A DNA stretch of 64,000 nucleotides from Terriglobia bacterium (GTDB lineage Bacteria; Acidobacteriota; Terriglobia; 20CM-2-55-15): assembly GCA_965263045.1 (NCBI GenBank), contig CBDHGK010000041.1, forward strand, positions 5,894,002 through 5,958,001, given 5' to 3'. The notes beneath the pieces are model-generated. The model did no database searches, had not been told where the DNA came from, and saw nothing but the letters and a program-made list of their open reading frames with translations. The position numbers were made by a program, and so were the translations under genes. Below are positions 8,321 through 16,939 of this stretch, one piece after another. Positions within the stretch are counted from its first letter, which is position 1. Every line of letters begins with the position of its first letter.

Positions 8321-9892
8321 GTGGAGACACCTCTATCACCTCTCGAGTTCCAGCGGCGTGCGCGCTCTCTCTATCCGAATCGGGAGGCCGTCGTCGACGG
8401 GTCGACGCGCCTGACCTACGAGGAGTTTTTCGACCGCTGCGACCGCTGGTCTGCGGTGCTCGAGCGTCTGAGTGTGAGCAAGGGCGACCGCGTCGCCTAC
8501 GTTTCGCCGAACACCCATCAGATGCTCGAGTCGTTCTATGCCGTGCCCCAGATCGGGGGCGTTCTCGTTCCTATCAACTTCCGACTGAAACCCCACGAGA
8601 TCGAGTACATCGTCGTGCACAGCGGGGCGTCGGTCGTGTGTGTGGACGGGGAACATCTCGAAGCGCTCGAATCCCTGCGCAGCCACTGCCCCGGCGTCCG
8701 GCACTTTGTGGCGCTCGGGGGACAGTCCGACGGCTGGGAGCCATACGAGACGTTGCTCAAGGCTGAATCCGGGAGTTTCGAGCGTCCTTCGGTTGACGAG
8801 GGCGACCTGCTCACAATCAACTACACGAGCGGGACGACCGCCCGGCCTAAGGGCGTCATGATTACCCATCGCAACGCGTACATGAACGCGATCGGAACGA
8901 TGCTCCATTTGACGATGACCAGCACAGACCGGTATCTGTGGACGTTGCCGATGTTCCATGCCAACGGCTGGACCTTCGTCTGGATCGTGACCGCTGTGGG
9001 CGGTACACATGTATGTCTGCGCAAGGTCGATCCGGCCAGGGCGTTCAAGCTGGTCCGCGACGAGTCGGTGACGATGCTTTGCGCGGCGCCAACGGTGCTG
9101 ATCGGACTGGCCAACGCTACAGACGAACAGCGGGGCGAGGTGGGGTCGGGTGTGCGGGTCCTGACGGCCGGAGCCTCTCCGGCCGCTGCGACGATTCAGC
9201 GGATCGAAAGTGAGCTGGGCTGGGAGCTCACGCAGGCCTATGGTTTGACCGAAACGGCTCCGTTAATCTCCATCTGCGAGCCGCGACCCGAGCACGCCGA
9301 ACTCAGCCTCGAAGAGCGCTCCGTCATCAAAGCCCGCCAGGGTGTGGAACTGATCACCTCGGGGGAGTTGTGCGTGGTTGACGAAGAAGGCAACCCCGTA
9401 CCGCGAGATGGTCGGACCCTCGGCGAGATCGTGGTTCGCGGCAATGTCGTGATGCAGGGCTATTACGAAGACCCCGAGGCGACCGCGGAGGCCATGCGGG
9501 GCGGATGGTTCCACAGTGGTGACGCTGCAGTCGTGCACGGGGACGGGTATATCGAGATTCGCGACCGGTTCAAGGACGTGATTATCAGCGGCGGGGAGAA
9601 TATCTCTTCGGTGGAGGTCGAGGGTATTCTGATGCGCCATCCGGGGGTTCAGGAGGTGGCCGTCGTGGGGATGCCCGACGCAGAGTGGGGCGAGACTCCC
9701 CATGCGTTCGTGGTCCTGGCCCGCGATGCCACACTGACTGAAGCGGACCTGATCCGGCATGCGCGGGACCACATGGCCCATTTCAAGGCTCCCCGAAAAG
9801 TCCGGTTTGTAACCGAGCTGCCGAAAACCGCGACCGGAAAGATCCAGAAATACGTGTTGAGGGGCGGTCGGAGCGCAATTTCCGTTCAGTGA
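8321..9892 (+). CDS. AMP-dependent acyl-CoA synthetase/ligase
   Basis: TSGTTARPKGV AMP-binding motif, GYYEDPEAT and C-terminal TATGKIQK blocks. Length is 523 aa. Confidence 0.85.
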   Translation: METPLSPLEFQRRARSLYPNREAVVDGSTRLTYEEFFDRCDRWSAVLERLSVSKGDRVAYVSPNTHQMLESFYAVPQIGGVLVPINFRLKPHEIEYIVVHSGASVVCVDGEHLEALESLRSHCPGVRHFVALGGQSDGWEPYETLLKAESGSFERPSVDEGDLLTINYTSGTTARPKGVMITHRNAYMNAIGTMLHLTMTSTDRYLWTLPMFHANGWTFVWIVTAVGGTHVCLRKVDPARAFKLVRDESVTMLCAAPTVLIGLANATDEQRGEVGSGVRVLTAGASPAAATIQRIESELGWELTQAYGLTETAPLISICEPRPEHAELSLEERSVIKARQGVELITSGELCVVDEEGNPVPRDGRTLGEIVVRGNVVMQGYYEDPEATAEAMRGGWFHSGDAAVVHGDGYIEIRDRFKDVIISGGENISSVEVEGILMRHPGVQEVAVVGMPDAEWGETPHAFVVLARDATLTEADLIRHARDHMAHFKAPRKVRFVTELPKTATGKIQKYVLRGGRSAISVQ

Positions 9893-10043
9893 ACGTCGAA
9901 CAGGCCGAGGTCACTGGTTGCCTCGAAACCGGTGTCCGGGATTCAGAAACCGCGGGTGGCGGTAGTCGCCCGATGTGGATCACTGGTTTTGCTATCGATT
10001 TCTGTCCATAACGTGTAAGTTCAGATCGGGAGAGAGAATAGAA

Positions 10044-10604
10044 GTGAGAATCATCGCGAGCTTGATTCAGTGCATGGCGCTCACCTTAGTCCTGGGGTGG
10101 GCATTGCCGCCGTTGTATGCACAGGACACCAATATGGAACAGTTCCGCTGGTTTGAACTCGAGCGCCGATCTGAACTCAGCGAAGTCCCCGACACCCGGG
10201 GGTCCACGGAGAATCGGTGGGGGCGTTTTCTGGAGAATCTGGAAGGACTGGAAAAGTTTGGTGTCCAGGACTGGCACATTGAATCGAACCCGGATGCTGG
10301 TGAAGATGCGGGCGCAGAGGTTGGGCGAGACCTGGAAGAGCGATCGAAGAGCCTCGGGCGGGTCGCAGGCGAGATCCGTGAGTTGTTCCAATGGTATTTC
10401 AATGTGCCGACGCCCGAGATTGACTCAATTTCGGCAGAAGCCCTCGACGAACGACTCGTACGGATCACGTCCAAAGTCAACGAGGTCATCCCCTTGGTCA
10501 TCGCGGCGGTCGACAGCCAGGCCGCGCTGGATGTGGAAGCATTCCCCCGAATGATGCGCGGCCTCGCTGAAATTGAAGCGCTCACTCAAGCCTTGCAAAA
10601 ATAG
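10044..10604 (+). CDS. Hypothetical secreted protein
   Basis: GTG at 10044 gives a signal peptide MRIIASLIQCMALTLVLGWALPPLYAQ. The body is acidic and helical with no recognised domain. Confidence 0.4.
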   Translation: MRIIASLIQCMALTLVLGWALPPLYAQDTNMEQFRWFELERRSELSEVPDTRGSTENRWGRFLENLEGLEKFGVQDWHIESNPDAGEDAGAEVGRDLEERSKSLGRVAGEIRELFQWYFNVPTPEIDSISAEALDERLVRITSKVNEVIPLVIAAVDSQAALDVEAFPRMMRGLAEIEALTQALQK

Positions 10605-10675
10605 GGACCGCGTGTCGGCTCGATGGTCAAGCCGGTGCAGCAAGTGACTCAAGTCGATAGCGGAGGGTTTCAGAT

Positions 10676-11113
10676 GTGGCGAGAGTTGTAGAGACAATCC
10701 ACCACACCAATGCGCCCAAAGATGTCTGGATGCCCTATGCCCCCGGCCTGAAAGTCAACAAGGGGAACATCCTGTTCGTTTCTGGTTGTACCGCAGCCCC
10801 GGTCTACCATTCCCATCCTCACAAACCGGAGGAGTTTGAATCGATTCCCGCAGATATGGGAGAGCAAACGCGCATTGCGTACGAGAACGTGAGGCGGACG
10901 GTCGCAGCGGCCGGGGGCAGTCTGGATGATGTGGTCGATGTGACCCGGTTTATCGTAACCATGGACGAGCAGGACGCGGCCAACAGAGCCCAGGCCGAGT
11001 TCTTTCCCAACCACATGCCAGCGTCAACGACGGTCGGGGTGACCTGTCTAGCAACCGACCCCAGGTGCAAGATCGAAATCCGTGCGATCGCCGTGATCGA
11101 TGACGGGTCATAG
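10676..11113 (+). CDS. RidA family protein (YjgF/endoribonuclease L-PSP fold)
   Basis: 145 aa with a RidA-like sequence throughout (VVDVTRFIVTMDE...). Confidence 0.75.
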   Translation: MARVVETIHHTNAPKDVWMPYAPGLKVNKGNILFVSGCTAAPVYHSHPHKPEEFESIPADMGEQTRIAYENVRRTVAAAGGSLDDVVDVTRFIVTMDEQDAANRAQAEFFPNHMPASTTVGVTCLATDPRCKIEIRAIAVIDDGS

Positions 11114-11352
11114 TTCCGTTTGACCCTTTTGCAGGACGGACGTCGTCGCCCCAGATCTGCTCCGTGCGAACCACGACCCTGTGCCGGGGGGAGGGAGGTC
11201 TCAGAGCGCCGAAACGGAAGAGCGCGCCCGGGAGCCGACAGAATCGTCAACTCCCGAACCCACAGCTGCAGCTATCGACGGGCAGACGGCTGTCCATGTC
11301 GGGACTTTCACATGCGGCCCGATCCGGGTTCGAGCTGTCCTCTCGACAACGG

Positions 11353-12117
11353 CTAGTTTCGGGAGATCCCGCGGCTGACGGGGTTCCCGTGAACTTCGAT
11401 CCAGTCCACACCGCTGTTCCCGTTGGTCCCGTGACCGGCCCCGCGCATCAGGTCGGTGAAGCCGACCTCGTCGACGCGGCTGAAATCCACGTCTGTCTTC
11501 CAGTCGGAATCTCTCGCCACGGCCATCCCCGTTTCTTCGATCATGCGCCAGCGTGGAACGTCTGCAAGATAAAATTCGGTTTCGCGCCAGTAAGACGATT
11601 CCGGCTCCACGTAGTCGGCCGCCAGCATGGTGCCGTCGGCAAGTTTTATGAGCAGCCGGGTCTGATACAAGCTCCGGGTCCGGGTGCGCCATCGAATCTT
11701 GGCAGGCCCCCGCAGGTCGAGATAGTTGTTCTTGTGCCTCAGCATGAGGCCCCAATTGTCTTCGGTGACGCCCGACCAGATATAGCTGACGCTCTCACCC
11801 GGTCGCGCTCCGTCGACGGCCTGCTGCAGCAGGAGCCCGGACTCATATTCGGGGACCGCTTTCGCGCCCGGACCGTACAGTTTCATCTCCACATTAGCGT
11901 TCGTCACGTGCTGTTCGGTCAGCGCGACGGGAGTTGGCGAGTTCGGCTGGGGCCCGCGCAGATTGCTTTCGTCCACGATGTTCGGGAAGCTCTCCCGGAA
12001 AAGCAGCCTCGCGGATGTTGGCGCATCTGAGGCCGTGTTCTGGGCGGCCTCGGCGAATGTGAGTCCAGCGGAGCCAATCAATAGGACAGAAAACAGAACA
12101 TAGGCTGTTCGTCGCAT
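11353..12117 (-). CDS. Hypothetical secreted protein
   Basis: Signal peptide MRRTAYVLFSVLLIGSAGLTFAEA. The overlapping plus-strand ORF 11164..12030 is judged antisense. Confidence 0.4.
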   Translation of the reverse strand: MRRTAYVLFSVLLIGSAGLTFAEAAQNTASDAPTSARLLFRESFPNIVDESNLRGPQPNSPTPVALTEQHVTNANVEMKLYGPGAKAVPEYESGLLLQQAVDGARPGESVSYIWSGVTEDNWGLMLRHKNNYLDLRGPAKIRWRTRTRSLYQTRLLIKLADGTMLAADYVEPESSYWRETEFYLADVPRWRMIEETGMAVARDSDWKTDVDFSRVDEVGFTDLMRGAGHGTNGNSGVDWIEVHGNPVSRGISRN

Positions 12118-12427
12118 CAAATATCCCTCCGTCATTTGCACAATGACGTTCTTTGACGGTCGTTGTTTTGTTGTGTGTTCGAGGTTTCGGCAGCATATAC
12201 GACTGGGAGTCGGCTGTCCACAGGACTGGCTCTACACCGTGATGGGTGCCCTGTGACGCCCGGACTACGCAGCTCAAGCGCGAAGTTGTCACGATCCAAC
12301 TCTCCGCTCTGTGTCCCAGGACGCTCTTCTTATGGAAGACTGAACGCCACTAGTCCCTGAACAAGCGTGATTGATGAGGAATTGAAAGTGGAATAACCGC
12401 CGAAGTACCCGAAATGCCCCCTCTCCG

Positions 12428-14060
12428 TGCGAAAAAAACCTTGGACAGATTCTTTGGAGAAGGAGGCATTTCAGATGAACGATTATACGCGCAAGAACAT
12501 GAGGAACCGCAAGCGGCGAATTGAGCGTCGGCTTGGGGATCGGAATTGGAAAGATCAGGCGAAGCCGATGCTGTCGGCGCGCAACATCCGGTACGAGATG
12601 GGAGACCGGATGAGGGGTCTGTCGGTGGGCGGCATCGGAATGATGCATCAGGTGGCGCGGCGGACCGGACTGATCGAAGCCATCGACAAGGACGTGCATG
12701 TGCTGAAGCGGCATCTGCCCTACCAGGAATCGGATCACGTGTTGAACATCGCCTACAACGCGTTGAGTGGGGGCACGTGTATGGAAGATATCGAACTGCG
12801 GCGCAATGACGAAGTGTATCTGGACGCGTTGGGAGCACAGCGGATTCCGGATCCGACCACGGCGGGAGACTTCTGCCGGCGATTTGAGGAAGACGACGTG
12901 GAGTCGCTGATGGACACGTTCAATAAAGTGCGGCTGAAAGTCTGGCGCCAGCAGCCCGATGCGTTTTTCGAGGAAGCGGTTCTGGAGGCGGACGGGACAT
13001 TGGCCCCAACCACCGGAGAATGCAAAGACGGGATGGACGTGGCCTACGACGGGACATGGGGTTATCACCCACTGTTGATTTCGCTGGCGAACACGGCCGA
13101 ACCGTTATACCTGGTGAACCGGAGCGGCAACCGGCCCTCGCATGAGGGAGCGGCCAAACGGTTCGATCAGGCAATCGCGTTGTGCCAGCGTGCGGGGTTC
13201 GATCAGATCCTGCTGCGCGGGGACACCGACTTCAGCCAGACCCGGTATTTGGATGGATGGGACGACCAGGGCGTGGGCTTCATCTTCGGCATCGACGCGA
13301 TGAAAAACCTGGTGGCCCGGGCCGACCAATTGGAGCCGGACTGCTGGGCGCGCCTGGAACGTCCCGCCAAGTACGAGGTAGCCAGCCAACCCCGCCAGCG
13401 TCCCGACAAGGTCAAGGAACGGATCGTTCGGGAGCGTGACTTTGAGAATATCCGCTTGCGGGGCGAGGATGTGGCCGAGTTTGCGTATCGGCCCGGAGCC
13501 TGCGATCGGGACTACCGCGTCGTTGTGGTGCGAAAGAATCTGTCGGTGGCCAAAGGGGAGCAGGTGTTGTTCGACGACATCCGGTACTTCTTCTACATTA
13601 CCAACCGTGCGGATCCTGCGGACCAGATCGTGATGCGTGCGAATCAACGGTGCAATCAAGAGAATCTTATTGAGCAGCTCAAGAACGGCGTACACGCCTT
13701 GGGGATGCCGGTCGGGGATCAGACCAGCAACTGGGCCTACATGGTGATGGCCTCACTGGCCTGGACACTGAAGGCGTGGTTTGCGTTATTGCTGCCCGAA
13801 ACCGGACGTTGGGGCCAGAAGTATCAGGCCGAGAAGCAGACCGTGCTACGCATGGAGTTCAAAACGTTCCTGAACGCCTTCATGCTCGTGCCTTGCCAGC
13901 TCGTGCGTACTGGTCGGCGCATCGTCTTCCGGCTGATGGCCTGGAACCCGTGGTTGCCAGTCTTGTTTCGTGCCGTGGATGTGTTGCGTCAACCTCTGCG
14001 ATGCTGACCCGATCATGGATCTGAGCCCGGGCGGTCGAGGTCCCGGTTTCTTTCAACCCT
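12428..14060 (+). mobile_element. IS1380-family insertion sequence (~1.63 kb)
   Basis: A single DDE transposase ORF is flanked by imperfect inverted repeats: left GCGAAAAAAACCTTGGAC (~12430) and right GTCCCGGTTTCTTTCAAC (~14043, reverse complement GTTGAAAGAAACCGGGAC). Confidence 0.5.
12475..14007 (+). CDS. IS1380-family DDE transposase
   Basis: Family-typical blocks NALSGGTCMEDIE, YDGTWGYHPL and LLRGDTDFS. Strong SD (GGAGAAGGAGG) upstream of the ATG at 12475. Confidence 0.8.
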   Translation: MNDYTRKNMRNRKRRIERRLGDRNWKDQAKPMLSARNIRYEMGDRMRGLSVGGIGMMHQVARRTGLIEAIDKDVHVLKRHLPYQESDHVLNIAYNALSGGTCMEDIELRRNDEVYLDALGAQRIPDPTTAGDFCRRFEEDDVESLMDTFNKVRLKVWRQQPDAFFEEAVLEADGTLAPTTGECKDGMDVAYDGTWGYHPLLISLANTAEPLYLVNRSGNRPSHEGAAKRFDQAIALCQRAGFDQILLRGDTDFSQTRYLDGWDDQGVGFIFGIDAMKNLVARADQLEPDCWARLERPAKYEVASQPRQRPDKVKERIVRERDFENIRLRGEDVAEFAYRPGACDRDYRVVVVRKNLSVAKGEQVLFDDIRYFFYITNRADPADQIVMRANQRCNQENLIEQLKNGVHALGMPVGDQTSNWAYMVMASLAWTLKAWFALLLPETGRWGQKYQAEKQTVLRMEFKTFLNAFMLVPCQLVRTGRRIVFRLMAWNPWLPVLFRAVDVLRQPLRC

Positions 14061-14142
14061 TCAAACAGACACGGCGAGGCGGCAACTGAAACAGATACAA
14101 CACGAACCGCATACCTGGAAAAAGCGATCTGGGAACGGGAGC

Positions 14143-16167
14143 TTATGCCTCCAATTTTACGGCCGTGAACCGGCCGTTTGTCCACTGGTTATGCGCTTGT
14201 TTTGGGACTAGTTCGGCGGAGTGCAGGCTGTCCCCAATCGCAACGACGATGTATTGACGCGCTCCAACCATGTAGCTCACCGGCGGCGCGGTCGTGCCGG
14301 CCTCAAGCTCCCTCTCCCAGACAGTTGCCCCGGTTGCTTTATCGTAGGCGCGGAACATGTGCCCCCCGCTGTTGGTGACGATCTCGGGGGGCATCCCCGG
14401 CGGGACGCGTGGGTCATTGTCAAAATCAATGTTGGTTTGTCCTTCGCCGATGAATAAGAGCGTCTTCGTCAGCAGGGGCGAAGGTCGGCCCGGGCTGCCC
14501 AGAGGGCCTACATTCAGATGTGCAATCGCCGGGTGGTCACGCGGACCATCGCCGTTGGGCACCATCCAGACATGTTCCCCGGCGTTCATGTCGACCGCCG
14601 TAATCCTACCGTAGGGTGGTTTGAACAGAGGTAGTCCTCGCGGCCCGCCGATCCATTGTCGCATCCCTTTCACATAGCGAAGGTTTTGCCGTTCGGGATC
14701 GCCCTCCTGAATGTCGGCCACGAAAGGAGACGTAATCGATGGGATATATAGAATTCCCGTGTCGGGATCGAAGGCAGCGCCCTGGACGTCCGCTCCACCT
14801 TGAGAGCCGGGAAGCTGAATCGTCCCTAACGTGTCATTCGGGCCATCTCCGCGAACCGACGGTGGGGTGAACAGTGGGCCTGTGACGTAGCGTTCAGCGA
14901 TTTCAAGCGCTTCAGCGCGAAGCTCCGGTGTGAAATCGATCAGGTTTTCTTCAACGGAGCCCTGCAGGTCGAACGGTGGTGGCTTCGTCGGGAACGGTTG
15001 CGTCGGCGAAGTTTGCTCGCCCGGTGTAGTCGATGGGGGTGCTGGACGTTCTTCGATCGGCCACACCGGTTCACCTGTCGCGCGGTCAAAAACGAACGCA
15101 AATGCCTGTTTCGTGATCTGTGTGACCGCTTTGACCGCCTGGCCGTCCACGGTGATGTCCATCAGGATCGGGGCCGCCGGGAGGTCATAGTCCCACAAAC
15201 CGTGGTGGACCGTCTGATAATGCCAGACCCGCTCGCCGGTTTCCGCGTCCACCGCGACCAGGCTCTGTCCGAACAGGTTGTCGCCGATCCGGTGGCCCCC
15301 GTACATATCGTTGGTTGGCGATGACAGCGGCATGTATATGTAACCGAGTTCTTCGTCCGCACTGAAAAGTGACCACACCGGCACGTGGCCGGTGTAGGAC
15401 CACGATTCATCTTCCCAGGTGTCGGTACCGAACTCTCCTGCCTGGGGGATCGTGTGAAAGATCCAGCGCAGGTCGCCGGTCTCGACGTCGAAAGCGCGCA
15501 CGTCCCCGCGTATCGCCTCTTTGGTCGTGAACGTATCCGACATCGACTGTCCCACGACCACGACATCGCGCACCACCATGGGTGCGCCGCCCCAGACGTA
15601 GAATGCCCCTTCCGCCAGACCCGTCGTCAGATCGACCCGGCCCGCGTCGCCGAAATCAGGGTACAACTCTCCGGTCTCCGCATTGAGGGCGTACAGATAC
15701 CGGTCGCGCTGTACAAGGACTCTCGCGTCGGTTCCATCCGACCAGTACGCGACTCCACGAGTACTCGTTCCGAACAGATCATTGACCCCACCATAGGGTT
15801 CCTGAACCCAGATCGTCTCACCTGTTTCCGGGTCAAACGCCTCCACCAGACCGATCCCGTTCGGGATGAAGGCCATGCCATCAACCACCAGAGGCAGGGC
15901 CACATAATTGTTCGGGTAGAGCAGCGCCGGATTCATGTCCAGGTAGTGAGCGTCGACCCCCGGACGGCGCCACGCCACCTGTAGGTCGTCGACGTTGGTT
16001 GCATCGATCGTGTCCAGTGGAGTGTACTTCGTGCTGCCGGAGTCGCCGCCAAAGGCACGCCACTCGCCACCGGCCGCGCCCAGTTGCGCCTGAAGCGAGG
16101 GAACCAGCAGCAGCGAACCCATCAGTGCATGAGTCAAGAACAGGAACAACCTTGCCGGCGCGTTCAT
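14143..16167 (-). CDS. PQQ-dependent dehydrogenase, methanol/ethanol family (secreted quinoprotein)
   Basis: Signal peptide, then W-motif propeller repeats and a VWHYQTVHHGLWDYD active-site block. Confidence 0.8.
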   Translation of the reverse strand: MNAPARLFLFLTHALMGSLLLVPSLQAQLGAAGGEWRAFGGDSGSTKYTPLDTIDATNVDDLQVAWRRPGVDAHYLDMNPALLYPNNYVALPLVVDGMAFIPNGIGLVEAFDPETGETIWVQEPYGGVNDLFGTSTRGVAYWSDGTDARVLVQRDRYLYALNAETGELYPDFGDAGRVDLTTGLAEGAFYVWGGAPMVVRDVVVVGQSMSDTFTTKEAIRGDVRAFDVETGDLRWIFHTIPQAGEFGTDTWEDESWSYTGHVPVWSLFSADEELGYIYMPLSSPTNDMYGGHRIGDNLFGQSLVAVDAETGERVWHYQTVHHGLWDYDLPAAPILMDITVDGQAVKAVTQITKQAFAFVFDRATGEPVWPIEERPAPPSTTPGEQTSPTQPFPTKPPPFDLQGSVEENLIDFTPELRAEALEIAERYVTGPLFTPPSVRGDGPNDTLGTIQLPGSQGGADVQGAAFDPDTGILYIPSITSPFVADIQEGDPERQNLRYVKGMRQWIGGPRGLPLFKPPYGRITAVDMNAGEHVWMVPNGDGPRDHPAIAHLNVGPLGSPGRPSPLLTKTLLFIGEGQTNIDFDNDPRVPPGMPPEIVTNSGGHMFRAYDKATGATVWERELEAGTTAPPVSYMVGARQYIVVAIGDSLHSAELVPKQAHNQWTNGRFTAVKLEA

Positions 16168-16222
16168 CAGTCAATCCTCCCGTGTCGGAACGCCAGAATC
16201 AATCGAGAGTCAGTGGGCGTTT

Positions 16223-16505
16223 GAGGGATGCTAGCAGCCCGTGGCATAAGTCTCAAGGGCCGCGTTACGGCCAAACGGGGCCGGATTCTAGGAGGCGACG
16301 ACGCTGCAATGCTCATTCATTGCGAGGAGTCGGCGACAACGAAGACGGCCCCGTATCGCCGTAACCCTATGGGCGCAGGGGGGTTCGGGCCACAGGCTTT
16401 GTCCCTCGTCGGTCACGATGAAAAGACATCGTTCCGCTCCTCACTTCGCGCCTGCAACACGAAGACCCCTCCGCGCGGCCCTTGAGACTTATGCCACGGG
16501 CTGCT
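16223..16505. repeat. Perfect 32-bp inverted repeats (16223-16254 and 16474-16505) flanking a 219-bp core
   Basis: AGCAGCCCGTGGCATAAGTCTCAAGGGCCGCG and its exact reverse complement, read directly from the sequence. It lies in the divergent intergenic region between the two PQQ dehydrogenase genes. Confidence 0.85.
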
Positions 16506-16939
16506 GGGGCTAGTTTTGAGCCATGTCAAAGGAATAACTATTCGCAAACGAGAATCTTCGCGGACGGGCTGGAAGAACGGAGACAACGGGTGCAGCAGCG
16601 GCACGCGATCTCTGTTTAGAATTCCGAATCCGGCAATGCGCGCATGAGCGGTCAACGTTTAATAGCGGGCCCTATGTTTTCCATGAGATTCCGCTTCGCG
16701 CGCCGGGTAGAATTGCGTGATCAACCATTTGGACCTGATTCGGAACTCCGATCCAGGTCGCACGTGCTGTGGTCCCGAACTGCACGATCGTTGACTCCAC
16801 AGTAGTGCTCATTTTTCTCTTCCCGTCCCGGAAGCCTATTTGAGTAGAATAGCGGGTGAATTCTAAAAACGTTTCGGTCCAGTCCGGGTCATGGGCCGTC
16901 CCGACCCGAAGAAAAGCGGTCGACCCTTGGGGGATAGAG

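Noticed and set aside
8336-9010. 224-aa minus-strand ORF inside the acyl-CoA synthetase gene
   Set aside because: It is antisense to a gene with unmistakable AMP-binding motifs and has no features of its own.
11164-12030. 288-aa plus-strand ORF overlapping the secreted hypothetical protein gene on the minus strand
   Set aside because: It is Pro/Arg/Gly-rich and off-frame-like. The minus-strand ORF has a proper signal peptide and a cleaner composition.
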